DNA of 64,000 bases, taken from an uncultured Acidimicrobiaceae bacterium (GTDB taxonomy: Bacteria; Actinomycetota; Acidimicrobiia; Acidimicrobiales; RAAP-2). The notes beneath the pieces were generated by a model. It saw only the letters and a list, made by a program, of their open reading frames with translations. It made no database searches and was not told where the DNA came from. Below are positions 1 to 10,753 of this stretch, one piece after another (position 1 is the stretch's first letter; every line of letters starts with the position of its first letter). The translations under genes were made by a program, and so were the position numbers. Location of the stretch: contig CAWAMS010000008.1 in NCBI GenBank assembly GCA_963783245.1, positions 32,817 to 96,816 on the forward strand, written 5' to 3'.

Positions 1-645
1 GGGCACGCTCGTCTATGGCTCGCCGATCATGCACGTGACGGGCGATCGCACGGTGGAGCATGGGCTGGCCACCGTCGCCATCGACAGCGAGGGCGTGGCG
101 GGGCAGTCGTTCGACCTGATCCGCGACGGCGTTGCTCGTGGGGTATCAGCTCGACCGCGCCATCGCCGCCAGCATGAAGCTGGGGCCCTCCAACGGATGC
201 GCCTTCGCCGACTCGCCTCTGCACGTGCCAATCCAACGGATGGCGAACGTCTCGTTGCGCCGGCGGCGCCGGCCGCGGCGGCGGGGACGGGCCGACGACG
301 GACGAGCTCATCAGCGGCGTCGAGCGCGGTCTCTACATCGTCGGCGACAAGAGCTGGTCCATCGACATGCAGCGCTACAACTTCCAGTTCACCGGCCAAC
401 GGTTCTTCAAGATCGAGGGCGGCAAGCTGGTGGGGCAGGTGAAGGACGTGGCGTATCAAGCCACAACGACCGATTTTTGGGGCTCGATGGAGGCCGTCGG
501 CGGGCGTTCGACCTACGTGCTGGGTGGTGCGTTCAACTGCGGCAAGGGACAACCGGGACAAGTGGCGCCGGTCAGTCACGGGTGCCCGTCGGTCCTCGTG
601 CGCGGCGTGCGTGTGCTCAACGCGCGTGAAGAGGCCGGTCGATGA
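1..645 (+). CDS. tldD: TldD-type metalloprotease (peptidase U62), C-terminal part; 5' end outside window; frame interrupted at least twice as sequenced
   Basis: Family blocks run consecutively in frame 2 (ATVAIDSEGVAGQSFDLIRDGV, to ~133), frame 3 (LVGYQLDRAIAASMKLGPSNGCAFADSPLHVPIQRMANVSL) and frame 1 (TDELISGVERGLYIVGDKSWSIDMQRYNFQFTG...NCGKGQPGQVAPVSHGCP). TGA 643-645 overlaps the next ATG (ATGA). Confidence 0.8.
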
Positions 646-2201
646 TCGAGGCGCAGGCCGTCGTCGAGTTGGCGTTGGCCGCGGCGGCACGAGGTGGAGC
701 CGACGGCTGCATCGTGCTGGTCGACGAGACGAGCCATGCCGATGTGCGGTTCGCGCTGAACACGACCACGACCAACGGAGTGCGCCGGGACCGTTCGGTT
801 ACCGTCATCGCGTTGGTCGTCGTCGCGCCCGGATCGTCGCCGTCGGTCGGGGTGTCGCGTCGCAGTGGTGTCGTCGATGTGGAGCAGATGGTGTCGGCCG
901 CGTTGACGGATGCACGCGGAGCGCCGCCAGCCGAAGATGCATTCACATTGGTCGACGGGATGGGTGCCGCACGTGCAGGCGGGGGCGCAACGTCGTTGGC
1001 GTACGGGCGTGCGCCCGTCGAGACAGACCTGTCGGTATTGGGGGGCGTGCTCTCGGGGCTGTCGTCCGCCTTCCGGCGGGCGGCGGCGGACGATGTCGTG
1101 CTGGCGGGATTTGCGGAGTACGGCGTGTCGACGTTGTATCTCGGGAGCTCGACCGGGGTGCGCATGTCGTACGCGCAGCCGACCGGCGCCGTCAATCTGG
1201 TCGGGCGATCACGTGACGGTGTCCGCTCCGCATGGACCGGCGTGGGAGCAGAGCGGATCGGCGAGATCTCCTTCGGCGAGATGGAAGAGGAACTGTGGCG
1301 GCGCCTGGCGTGGGCTGCGCGGTCGATCTCGCTCGATGCCGGACGCTACGAGGTGATCCTTCCGCCCTCGGGCGTGGCCGACATGATGGGGTCGCTCCTC
1401 TTCTACGGGATGGGCGGGCAGGACGCCGAGGACGGGCGAACGGTGTTTTCGGCGGCTGCGACAGACGGTCGCGGACATCGGGGTGCCGCCGGCACGCGCG
1501 TGGGCGAGCGTCTGAGCGATGTGCCGTTCACGCTGTACAGCGACCCATTCGAACCCGGTGTCGAGTGTCTGCCGTTCGTCGCTGCCGGCTCGTCGGACTC
1601 GGAGACCTCTGTCTTCGACAACGCACTGCCGTTGGAGCGCGTGGCGTGGATCGAAGATGGGTATCTCGCCCACCTCCGGTATCACCGGGCTGGCGCGGCC
1701 CGTTCAGGCGTCGACGTCGCTCCCTACATCGACAACTTGATACTGCGGGCGGGCGGCGGCGGCACGGGCGGCACGGGCAACGGCGGCGGCACCGGCAACG
1801 GCGGCGGCACCGGCGGCGGCACGGGCGGCACGGGCGGCACGGGCGGCGGCACGGGCGGCACGGGCAACGGCGGCGGCACCGTGGAGGACATGGTGGCCCG
1901 CACCGAACGGGGGCTCCTCTTGACGTGTCTGTGGTACATCCGAGAAGTCGACCCGGCCACAGCGCTCCTCACCGGTCTGACGCGAGACGGCGTCTACGTC
2001 ATCGAAAACGGGGTGGTCGTGGGGGCGGCCAACAACTTTCGATTCAACGAAAGTCCCGTCGACCTGCTCGCCCGGGCGACCGAGGTTGGCACCAGTGTGC
2101 GTGCACTAGGTCGAGAACTCGGCGAGTACCTGAATCGTTGCATCATGCCGCCGCTCCGCATCCCCGACTTCAACATGAGCTCGGTGAGCCAAGCCAGCTG
2201 A
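642..2201 (+). CDS. TldD/PmbA-family protein (PmbA-like partner) with a ~40-aa Gly/Thr/Asn repeat insertion
   Basis: Intact 519-aa ORF translationally coupled to the upstream TldD. Family-like blocks: [68 protein letters not shown]. Confidence 0.75.
   Translation: MIEAQAVVELALAAAARGGADGCIVLVDETSHADVRFALNTTTTNGVRRDRSVTVIALVVVAPGSSPSVGVSRRSGVVDVEQMVSAALTDARGAPPAEDAFTLVDGMGAARAGGGATSLAYGRAPVETDLSVLGGVLSGLSSAFRRAAADDVVLAGFAEYGVSTLYLGSSTGVRMSYAQPTGAVNLVGRSRDGVRSAWTGVGAERIGEISFGEMEEELWRRLAWAARSISLDAGRYEVILPPSGVADMMGSLLFYGMGGQDAEDGRTVFSAAATDGRGHRGAAGTRVGERLSDVPFTLYSDPFEPGVECLPFVAAGSSDSETSVFDNALPLERVAWIEDGYLAHLRYHRAGAARSGVDVAPYIDNLILRAGGGGTGGTGNGGGTGNGGGTGGGTGGTGGTGGGTGGTGNGGGTVEDMVARTERGLLLTCLWYIREVDPATALLTGLTRDGVYVIENGVVVGAANNFRFNESPVDLLARATEVGTSVRALGRELGEYLNRCIMPPLRIPDFNMSSVSQAS
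1750..1880. repeat. Imperfect GGC-rich tandem repeat (ggcggcacg / ggcaacggcggcggcacc units) inside the PmbA-like gene
   Basis: Read directly. About 130 nt of ggc/acg/aac codons encoding GGGGTGGTGNGGGTGNGGGTGGGTGGTGGTGGGTGGTGNGGGT, in frame. Confidence 0.9.
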
Positions 2202-2263
2202 CCGTCCGATCGATCTGGCGAATCGCACGTACGTTTCCTCCCGAGATCCGACATTTCCTCGGT

Positions 2264-3445
2264 ATGGAGCTCGTGGTTGAGAAGACATCGACGGCCGACC
2301 TGATGGACGAGTGCGAGACGGCTCGGCCGCGTCATCGCCTCCGCAATGGGAAACCTGCTGACTGCCGCTGGAGAATTGGACCGGCGTGAGGCGTGGCGGT
2401 CCGAGGGGGCGACCTCGTCCGGCGCCTGGATCAGCCAGCGCCTCGGCGTGGCCGAGGGAACCGGTCGAATCTGGTCCCACGTGGCTGAAAAGTTGTGGGA
2501 CCTCCCGCATTTGGCGCAGGGACTTCGCGTGGGTGCACTCAGCTTCGACAAGGTTCGGGCAGCGGTCGAAATCGCCACACCCGAATCCGATGCATCCGTC
2601 CTTCGACAAGCCGAGGAGTGCACAGTTCGTCAGATGACCGATATCGTCCGCGAGAGCCCGGAGGTGACTGACGAGCAGTCCGAATCCCGGCACGAGTACC
2701 GATATCTTCGATGCAACGACGCCCGACGTTCAATCACCGCGCAGTTGACCGAGGATGCGTACGCTCTCGTACGAGCGGCGATAGCGGAGCGGGCTCGCGC
2801 ATTCCCGTCCGACGGCGAAACTCCCTATGACCAGCGCCGGGCCGATGCGCTCGTGGACATCTGCCGGATACGCACCGGCCGTCGTGGAACCGGATCCGGG
2901 TCAGCTGATGGCGAGGGCAGCGCCGGGACGGCCGATCTCACAAATGCCCGACGGATCCGCATCGAACTTCCTCGTGATCGCCCACACGGATCTTGCGCTC
3001 TTGCAAGGTGGCACTGGTCGGGCCGAGATCGAGCGGATGGGGTTCTTGAGTGGCTGAGGCCATCAGACGAATCGGTTGCGACGCCTCTGTCGCCTTGGCA
3101 CTCGACGATGCCTTCGGTCACACGATGTTCGAAGGTCGTTCCAAGCGATTCGCCACCCAGGCACAGCGCCACGAAGTCCAGCGGCGCGATCGACGATGCC
3201 GGTTCCCGAGTTGCCCCAACAACACGTTCACCGATGTCCACCATGTCGTGCACTGGGCGGACCAAGGACCCACGGATCTGCCCAATCTGGTGACGCTGTG
3301 CGACCATCACCATCATCGGGTCCATGAGGGAAAATGGCAGGTGACCGGCAACGCCAACGGGATTCTGCGATTCGTCGGGCCCAGCGGCCGCATGATGACG
3401 TCGCGTCCTTCGCCCTTGTGGACGAGAAGGCGAAGAGCCGGCTGA
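2264..3445 (+). CDS. DUF222-type HNH endonuclease (REP13E12-like); three +1 frame breaks as sequenced
   Basis: ATG 2264 (MELVVEKTSTADLMDECETA, frame 2) continues in frame 3 (VIASAMGNLLTAAGELDRREAWRSEGATSSGAWISQRLGV...YDQRRADALVDICR). It then continues in frame 1 (NFLVIAHTDLALLQGGTGRAEIERMGFLS) and back to frame 2 (EAIRRIGCDASV...RRDRRCRFPSCPNNTFTDVHHVVHWADQGPTDLPNLVTLCDHHHHRVHEG). The span is 3n, consistent with three 1-nt insertions. Confidence 0.8.
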
Positions 3446-3474
3446 ACTCGTCTCGCCGACTCTGGCGTCGCCTC

Positions 3475-4055
3475 TCACGCGCCGGAATGCCCGGCCGCCG
3501 CTGTCGCCACACGACGCACGATCGGCATCCAGTCACTCAGTCCGAGGACGACGAGTCCATCGACCTTGCCGCCCTCGTCTGCCCGGCGGAGCAAGAGCAC
3601 GTCTTGCGCGTACGGCAAGCGTTCGAACGAGCGCTGCTCGAGCGGGTGCAGAGGACCACCCTGCAGTGCGAGCGAGGTCACGCTGTCGGGGGCCAGCGTC
3701 CCTCCGTAGGTGTCCTGGCGCGCCACGAGATACCGCTTTGCCGCAACGTGCAGTCCCACCAACCCGGCCACCCGCTCCCCGAGCGCCCCCCGGACTGCGG
3801 CTGCACCGGCCTCGGCGTGTTGGGCATCGTCGACCCCCGACAAGAGATGACCGACGTCGTGCACCAATCCGGCCACGGCGAGCTCCTGGTCCCCCGGCGC
3901 CTCCGCCCGTAGGACCGACGCCGTCTGCGGGGCATGATCGAGCTGCGAAAAGGGCTTCGTCCCGATCCGATCTCGACTGGTCGCGACTCACCCGAGACCA
4001 AAAGTCGCTCGATGTCGTCCACGGTCAAGGTCACGGGGCCATTCTCCACTCTCAT
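3475..4055 (-). CDS. HD-domain protein, PhnZ-like (phosphonate-operon-associated HD family); one frame break near 3945
   Basis: The N-terminus MRVENGPVTLTVDDIERLLVSG lies in one frame. It continues as FSQLDHAPQTASVLRAEAPGDQELAVAGLVHDVGHLL...LHVAAKRYLVARQDTYGGTLAPDSVTSLALQGGPL in the frame of ORF 3475..3876. Confidence 0.65.
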
Positions 4056-4191
4056 CGACGCGGCGACCCTGCACCGTGACGGGCACCGACCGGACATCCG
4101 GACTCGCAAACGATCGGGTCACCATGTTTACAGAGTCGCCCGAACGGGGACGCACCCGATAGTTTCGCAGCACTATCTGGGAGGACCCAAC

Positions 4192-5575
4192 GTGCCCGAC
4201 ACCACGACATCTGATATCGATTTATCAGGCGACTCCGACACGGACGAGCTCCTCAGCGAGCTACGGGCCTGGCTGGCCGAGAATTGGGATCCCGACCTCA
4301 CCGTCGGCGAATGGTGGGAGCGCCTGGGCCTCGCGGGCTGGTCCGCGCCCGGCCTACCCGAAAATGCGTACGGACGGGGGATGGCCCGGGCTGACGCAGT
4401 GCTGGTCGCCCAGGAGATTTCCCAGTTCGGGGCACTTGGGGCACCGGCAGGGTTGGGCCTTCTCCTCGCCGCTCCGACGATCGCCACACATGGCACGCAG
4501 GAACAGGTCGAAACGTACGTCCGCGAGATCGTCACGGGACGAAAGGGCTGGTGCCAACTCTTCAGCGAACCGCAAGCAGGGTCCGACCTCGCCGGCCTGC
4601 AGACGAGGGCGGTGCGGGACGGCGACGAGTGGGTCATCAATGGACAAAAGGTGTGGACCTCGGGTGGCCAGTCCGCGGATCTGGGCATGCTGTTGGCCCG
4701 TACCGATTCCAGTGTGCCCAAGCATGCCGGAATCTCCTATTTCGCGTTCGAGATGCTGCAAGATGGCGTCGACGTGCGACCGCTCAGGGAGATGACCGGT
4801 CACGCGCTCTTCAACGAGGTCTTCCTCACCGACGCTCGGGTAGCGGATTCGGCGCTCATCGGCGGGGTCAACAACGGATGGGCGGCGGCGAACACGACAC
4901 TGATGAACGAGCGGGCCGGACTGGGTTCTGGCGGCGGCAACGCCGCCGGCGGTGATTCGGCGCAGCCCGGTTCAGTGCCCGGGGCACTGGGAAGGCGTGT
5001 GGGCGACTTCGTCGAGCGTCGGGGCAGCAAGGGCACCAACGCGTCGCGGACCAGCCAAGGATGCCGGCGAAGACGGCGGTGGACTGATGAGCGTGATGCG
5101 GGGGGGAGCGGACCTCCTGATCCGCATGGCCCAGTTCAGCGGGGTCAACAAGGATGCCGGCGTGCGACAGGATCTGGTCCGCCTGTACACCTTGGGCGAG
5201 CTGGGGCGGTTCAACGGACTGCGGGTCAAAGCCGTCAAGGAGAAGGGTGGCGACATCCCGGGCATGCCCAATGTGGCAAAGCTGTCGATGAGCCAGATCG
5301 TGAGGCTGACCCGTGATCTCGGGCTGCGGATTGCCGGGCCGGCCGGGACGCTGCACGCCTACAAGAACGACGAGAAGGCCGGCTTGGCCAGGATCGTCGG
5401 GAATCCCTTCGTCGGGGGTATCACGGAGATGGCGCTGTTTGCGCAGGCACCTTCTATCTACGGCGGCACTGACCAGGTACAGCGCAACATCATCGGTGAG
5501 CGCGTGCTCGGTCTGCCCAAGGAGCCGAATAACGACCGTGTGACCCCCTTCTCCGAGCTGCCCAAGAACGCCTGA
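4192..5575 (+). CDS. Acyl-CoA dehydrogenase; one +1 frame break between ~5000 and 5090
   Basis: GTG 4192 follows GGGAGGA. Motifs: QLFSEPQAGSDLAGLQTRAVRDGDEWVINGQKVWTSG. The C-terminal part lies in frame 2 (ITEMALFAQAPSIYGGTDQVQRNIIGERVLGLPKEP). Span is 3n+1. Confidence 0.8.
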
Positions 5576-5742
5576 GCCGAGGGCCGGAGGCGGCTGGCCC
5601 ACTTTCCGTGCCCACGCAACCTAGATTTCACCCCGCTGTTGGCGCGCGAGGATACGGGAAAGGTCTACGAGGACCTGTTGCTGGGCCGTATCGAGCCTGG
5701 GCGTGACACACGAGATCGCGAACATAAGGAGAGAAGAGAACC

Positions 5743-6654
5743 ATGGGTATTTGTGACGGACGCGTCGTCGTCATCACCGGAGCGGGTCGGGGCATCGGAC
5801 GTGAGCACGCCCTCGAATTCGCCAGCCAAGGGGCGAAGATCGTCGTCAACGACCTCGGTGCAGAAATCGACGGGACCGGCAGCTCCGCCGGGCCGGCAGG
5901 CGAAGTCGTCGACGAGATCCGCGGAATGGGCGGCGAAGCTGTCGCGAACGGCGACGACGTGTCGGACTACGAGGGCGCCGGCCGACTCATCCAGACGGCG
6001 ATCGACACGTTCGGGACCATCGATGTCCTGGTCAACAACGCGGGGATCCTGCGTGACCGGATGCTCGTCAACATGACCATCGACGAGTGGGACGCAGTGA
6101 TCCGCGTCCACCTCCGTGGCACCTTCGCCCCGACGCGGCACGCCGCGGAGTACTGGCGGAATCGGACGAAGGCGGGAGAGGCGAACGATGCCCGTGTCAT
6201 CAACACGACCTCTCCTTCGGGCATTTACGGCAACGTCGGACAGACGAACTACGGAGCGGCCAAGGCAGGTATCGCCTCGTTCACGGTCATTGCGGCCATG
6301 GAACTCGGTCGTTACGGCGTGACCGTGAACGCGATCGCGCCCGCGGCCTTGACCCGCATGACCGAGAATCTGGGCGGTTTCGACGAGTCGGCGAAGAAGC
6401 CCGAGCAGTTCGACCCGCTCGCCCCCGGCAACATCGCTCCCCTGGTGGTCTGGCTCGGCAGCCCCGAGTCCGCGTCCATCACCGGTCGCGTCTTCAACGT
6501 CCAGGGCGACCACATCAGCGTCGCCGAGGGATGGGTGGAAGGCCCGGCTGCGGACAAGGGCGACCGCTGGGACCCGGCAGAGCTCGGCAAGATCGTCCCC
6601 GACCTGGTGGCTCAGGCAGCCCCCAACGCGAACATGGGCGGCAAAAGGAAGTGA
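5743..6654 (+). CDS. SDR-family oxidoreductase (MFE-2 / 17-beta-HSD4-like subgroup)
   Basis: Intact ORF with RBS AAGGAGA. Motifs: [25 protein letters not shown] (YxxxK). Confidence 0.85.
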   Translation: MGICDGRVVVITGAGRGIGREHALEFASQGAKIVVNDLGAEIDGTGSSAGPAGEVVDEIRGMGGEAVANGDDVSDYEGAGRLIQTAIDTFGTIDVLVNNAGILRDRMLVNMTIDEWDAVIRVHLRGTFAPTRHAAEYWRNRTKAGEANDARVINTTSPSGIYGNVGQTNYGAAKAGIASFTVIAAMELGRYGVTVNAIAPAALTRMTENLGGFDESAKKPEQFDPLAPGNIAPLVVWLGSPESASITGRVFNVQGDHISVAEGWVEGPAADKGDRWDPAELGKIVPDLVAQAAPNANMGGKRK

Positions 6655-6696
6655 CGTGACGGTCAGCGGCAGCCTTCGGGCTGACCGGGACGTCTG

Positions 6697-7108
6697 ATGG
6701 CCCGACCGCACGCCATATCGAGTACCAGTTCCGCGGTGGCTCGGATCCGGGCCATCTGCCTCGCGTTGCCTGAGGCGACCGAGAAGCCGTTCGGCGGCCA
6801 CACGTCCCCGGCCTTCCGGGTGCGGGACAAGATGTTCGTCGTCGTTGCCGAAGATCAAGACGTCGATCACCCTGAAGGCTCCCAAGGGCGTCCAGGGGAT
6901 TCTGGTGCACTCCGACCCGGAGCGGTTCTTCGTGCCCAAGTACGTCGGGAGCAAGGGATGGGTCGGGGTGCGACTCGACCTGGCCCGTCCGCCGGACTGG
7001 GAGGAGATGGCCGAGATCATCTACGAGAGCTACTGCCTCCTGGCCCCGGCCCGACTGGTGCGGCAGCTGGAGGCCGACCTCGATGCGGGTAACTGGGTGC
7101 CCGGGTGA
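6697..7108 (+). CDS. MmcQ/YjbR-family (DUF419) protein; one +1 frame break near 6850
   Basis: ICLALPEATEKPFGGHTSPAFRVRDKMFVVV (frame 1) continues as SITLKAPKGVQGILVHSDPERFFVPKYVGSKGWVGVRLD (frame 2). Span is 3n+1. Confidence 0.6.
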
Positions 7109-7354
7109 CCGAGTGACCGGATCTGGGCGTCGCCAGGAGCCCTGAAGGCCTGATCCGAAGGCCCAGGCCAGGCACGATGGAGGGGCCGGATCCGGATTTT
7201 TCGCCGTCGATCTCCGTTTGAGCAGCGCAGCGCGCTATTGTTGTCGTTGAGGGCACCACCATTACAGATTTGGAAATCCCTCTGGCTCGCGAGAGTCACC
7301 GGCCATGACCCCCGACAAGGGGTCAAATCTGGCCAGGGAAGGAGTGGATTTTCA

Positions 7355-7559
7355 ATGGCAACTGGTTCCGTGAAGTGGTTTAACGGTGAGAAGGGCTTCG
7401 GCTTCATCACTCAGGACGGTGGCGGCCCCGACGTATTCGTGCATTTCGAGCGCGATCTCCGGTACGGGGTACCGCAACCTCGAAGAAGGACAGAAGGTTG
7501 AGTTCGAGACCAACCAAGGCCCCAAGGGGCTGCAGGCCGCAAACGTGCGCGCCATCTGA
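7355..7559 (+). CDS. Cold-shock protein (CspA family); single inserted base at ~7448
   Basis: RBS GGAAGGAG precedes the start. [31 protein letters not shown] is followed, after 'cat ttc G agc gcg', by [36 protein letters not shown]. Span is 205 nt (3n+1). Confidence 0.9.
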
Positions 7560-7594
7560 TCCCGACGAGCCGACGAGATCGGCCGACAGAACAG

Positions 7595-7649
7595 CCAGAA
7601 ATCAGGGCCCTCTCTCCATTAGCGAGCGGGGGCCCTGTCTGGTTTCTGG
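7595..7649. terminator. Imperfect hairpin between convergent csp and cysQ (possible bidirectional terminator)
   Basis: The arms ccagaaa(t)cagggccc and gggccctg(tctgg)tttctgg flank a ~19-nt loop. There is no clear U-tract. Confidence 0.35.
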
Positions 7650-7654
7650 GGCGG

Positions 7655-8437
7655 TCAGTAGTAGGGGCGGTAGTCCCGGGTGGTGACGCCCAGCACGGCT
7701 TCGGCCAGCTCAGGTCGGCAGACCATGAGATCGGGCAACCACGCATCCGGGGCCCCGTAGCGCAGCGGTTCCCCATTCAGCCGAGATGCGTGCAACCCAC
7801 TCGCCTCCGCCACCGCCACCGGTGCACACGAGTCCCACTCGTACTGTCCCCCGGCGTGGATGTAGACGTCGGCGAGGCCCATGATCACGGCGCCGATTTT
7901 GGCGCCGGCCGAGCCCATGGGGATCATCGTGCCGCCGATCGCTTCCGCCACCTCGTACGCCACCTCGGGCGGTCGGCTCCGGCTGACGACGACCCGGGGC
8001 GGGGCGCTGGCGTCGAACGGCGCCAGCTCGAGGGGGGCGCCCGTGGACAGGGTCACGTCTATGGCCGGCAGCGCCACGGCACCGACAACGGCCACACCGC
8101 TTACCGCCATTGCCACGTGGACGGCCCAGTCCGGCCGCCCGGGCTGGCCGAACTCACGGGTGCCGTCCAGAGGGTCGATGATCCAGAGCCGTCCGTTACC
8201 CGAGACGTGCTCGAGCCCCTCCTCCGACCGCACATCGTCGTCCGGGTAAAGGCGATTCAGCTCTTTGACGAGGAGATGGTGGGCCAGCCGATCTCCGGCC
8301 GCACCCACGCCTCTGCCGGCGGACGGCCCATCTCTCAACTCCAGCAAGGCCCGACCCGCCATGGTCGCCAGGGCAGCCGCGTCACGGTGCTCGGCTGTGA
8401 GATCCACGACTCCCCTTTCCCGCTCTTGGACGTCCAA
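7655..8437 (-). CDS. cysQ: 3'(2'),5'-bisphosphate nucleotidase CysQ (IMPase family)
   Basis: Intact ORF. Motifs: WIIDPLDGTREF, GSAGAKIGAV, GGQYEWDSCAP, LPDLMVCRPE. Close by eye to mycobacterial CysQ. The start is either TTG 8437 or GTG 8407. Confidence 0.85.
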   Translation of the reverse strand: MDVQERERGVVDLTAEHRDAAALATMAGRALLELRDGPSAGRGVGAAGDRLAHHLLVKELNRLYPDDDVRSEEGLEHVSGNGRLWIIDPLDGTREFGQPGRPDWAVHVAMAVSGVAVVGAVALPAIDVTLSTGAPLELAPFDASAPPRVVVSRSRPPEVAYEVAEAIGGTMIPMGSAGAKIGAVIMGLADVYIHAGGQYEWDSCAPVAVAEASGLHASRLNGEPLRYGAPDAWLPDLMVCRPELAEAVLGVTTRDYRPYY

Positions 8438-8469
8438 TGTCTAGCCGCCACGTGACCACGCGGCGGCCG

Positions 8470-9127
8470 TCAGACGAGTCGGCGGTCGGTGGCCCAGCGG
8501 GTCAGCTCGTGACGGGTCGAGAGCTGGAGCTTGCGCAGGACGGACGAGACGTGTGACTCGACCGTCTTGGCCGAGATGGTCAGGTCCCGTGCCACCTCTT
8601 TGTAGGTGTAACCCCGGGCGATGAGGCGCAGGACTTCGCGCTCCCGGGGCGAGAGTTGGTCGAGCTCGGGGTCGAGGCCTCGCCCCGGTCCCTGCGCCGA
8701 TGGATCCTTGCGCGAAGGCATCGAGGACGAAGCCGGCCAAGCGCGGCGAGAAGACGGCATCACCGGCTGCGACCCGGTAGACCGCCTGCAACAGTTCGCC
8801 GCCGGAAATGGTCTTGGTGATATAGCCGCGGGCTCCGGCACGGATGACTGCGATGACATCCTCGGGCGCGTCGGAGACGGAGAGGGCGAGAAACTGCACC
8901 TCAGGATGGTGGGGCAGGACGCCGTGGAGGACGGCTTGACCGCCGCCGCCGGGGAGATGGACATCGAGGAGGACGACGTCGGGGAGGCGCTCGCCGATCA
9001 GCTCGATGGCCGCTGCCACCTCGTCCGCCTCGCCGACGACCTCGACGGCGTCCCCGAGCTCGGCCCGCACGCCGGCCCGGAAGACCGCATGGTCCTCGAC
9101 GAGGAAGATCCTCGGTCGGTCGCTCAT
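8470..9127 (-). CDS. NarL/LuxR-family response regulator; one +1 frame break near 8712
   Basis: ATG 9127 overlaps the kinase stop (ATGA). The receiver reads RIFLVEDHAVFRAG...DVVLLDVHLPGGGG. After FVLDAF the LuxR HTH continues in another frame (LSPREREVLRLIARGYTYKEVARDLTISAKTVESHVSSVLRKL). Span is 3n+1. Confidence 0.85.
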
Positions 9128-10320
9128 CGGGGCATCGACAGCTCGACCTCGGTCCCTTCGCCGGGTGCTGATCGGATGGTCACGGCGCCACCGTAGCGAG
9201 CCATCCGAGCCTTGATGGACTGCGCGATGCCCTGGCGATCGGGGGGAACGCTCTCTGGGTCGAAACCCTGGCCACGGTCCCGTACGTACAGCATGACGGC
9301 GTGGGGCTCGACCTCGGCGTAGAGCGAGACCTGGGCGGCGCCGGACCATTTGGCGGCGTTGACCGTGGCTTCTCGGGCCGCATCGAGGAGGGCGCGGAGG
9401 CCCTCGGTGAGCTCGCAGTCGCCGACCAGCACGACCTGGACCGTGATCCCGTGATCGGCCTCTACGTGGCGCTGGAGCAGCCCGACCCCTTCGGCCAGCA
9501 TCGTGGCATCCTCGCTGATCGTCCCGGGCGCCTTCCCCTCGAAGAGCCAGGCCCGGAGCTCCCGCTCCTGGGCCCTCGCCAGGCGGACCACGTTCTGGGG
9601 ATCGTCTGACGACCGCTGGATCAGAGCGAGCGTCTGGAGCACCGAGTCGTGGACGTGCGCCGCCATCTGCGACCGCTCCTCGGCCATCGCCCGCGCTTCT
9701 CGCTCCGACATCAGGTCGCGGACGAGGCTCAGCCACCATGGGCCGAAGATCACCACGATGGCGGCGATGACCAGCAGGGCGCCGCTGAGCGGCCGCAGCG
9801 CGGCGGTGCTCGGGTGGCCCAGGATCAGGACCACGATGCCGCCCGCCGCCAGGAGCGCGCCTGCGCCGACGCGCAGGACCAGCTTCCAGTGCCGCCCACC
9901 CTCGCTCCCGACGCTGAGCATCGGGACGAGGTCGTCGTTCATCCAGACGCGTTCTGCCTCACTGGCGTTGCGCCAGATCAGGATGGTCAGGCCGACGGCC
10001 AGGAAGACCGGCCAGCTGATGATCCCGACGAAACCGATGTGGAGCGCCGAGACGACGACCTGCGTGACGATGACGATCGGGATGACGGCGATGACCAGGC
10101 GGATACCGCGCCGGTCGTTGATCGCTCTCGAGAAGATGTTGGTCGACTCGCCCTCGAGGGGGACGATGAGCCACGCCAACGCGTAGACGAGTACGGGGAC
10201 GCCGCTGGCCAACCCGACGAGGACGAAGCCGATCCGCACGATCGTGACGTCGATGCCCGTGGCCTGGGAGAACCCACCGCAGTTGCCCGCCAGGACTCTT
10301 GCGTCTGACGAGCGGCGCAT
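9124..10320 (-). CDS. PspC-domain sensor histidine kinase (HisKA_3 type)
   Basis: ATG 10320. PspC N-terminus RRSSDARVLAGNCGGFSQATGIDVTIVRIGFVL, several TM segments, H-box MAAHVHDSVLQTLALI, ATPase motif VRDRGQGFDP. Confidence 0.85.
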   Translation of the reverse strand: MRRSSDARVLAGNCGGFSQATGIDVTIVRIGFVLVGLASGVPVLVYALAWLIVPLEGESTNIFSRAINDRRGIRLVIAVIPIVIVTQVVVSALHIGFVGIISWPVFLAVGLTILIWRNASEAERVWMNDDLVPMLSVGSEGGRHWKLVLRVGAGALLAAGGIVVLILGHPSTAALRPLSGALLVIAAIVVIFGPWWLSLVRDLMSEREARAMAEERSQMAAHVHDSVLQTLALIQRSSDDPQNVVRLARAQERELRAWLFEGKAPGTISEDATMLAEGVGLLQRHVEADHGITVQVVLVGDCELTEGLRALLDAAREATVNAAKWSGAAQVSLYAEVEPHAVMLYVRDRGQGFDPESVPPDRQGIAQSIKARMARYGGAVTIRSAPGEGTEVELSMPR

Positions 10321-10753
10321 GTCCCGCAGGTGATGATGGCGGGGGCGGCCGCCGTGGGGACGCCACCCGTGGGACCACGACGGCGATGGTGGTCCTGTCG
10401 TCTGGGAGCAGGCCTGAGCCTGCATCGGGAACTGGCCGTGATCCGTCGGCCGTGCCCGGTGGGCGTGCCGCCAGGAGGCCGGGCGGCCGTCGCCCTGCGA
10501 AGGCTCGGTCGTGACGCCTTCCTGCGGGCGCGTGGCGGGATCGGTTGACTCGGGGATACCACGATGATCGCGCGCCCGGCACTCGACGACCATCAGGGAA
10601 ATCCCTGAGTGCGGAGGGTGGGAGTCAGGGTACGACCCGGGTCATGCCGGATGTCGTTCCGGCCGCCGCTCGCTCAGGCTGGAGGCATGACTACTCCATC
10701 TGCATCGCACGAAGACCCGGGTTCCGTGGCCGGCCACGGCACCACCGAAGGCG

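Noticed and set aside
1724-1972. Minus-strand 82-aa Pro/Val-rich ORF (PPVPPPVPP...)
   Set aside because: It is the mirror image of the GGC-rich repeat inside the PmbA-like gene and lies fully within a well-supported plus-strand CDS.
7108-7354. Promoter and cold-shock 5' UTR elements upstream of csp
   Set aside because: The region is long and locally AT-richer, as expected for a csp leader. The best -35/-10 candidates (TTGTCG ... TACAGA) do not fit a TANNNT -10 well, so I cannot support a specific call.
8441-9739. 432-aa minus-strand ORF spanning the response regulator and part of the kinase
   Set aside because: It is a chimera. Only its middle part (MSDRPRIFLVEDH...) is the response regulator. 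The upstream part is an alternative frame of the kinase (Arg/Pro-rich nonsense), and the C-terminal part is out of frame after the 8712 break.
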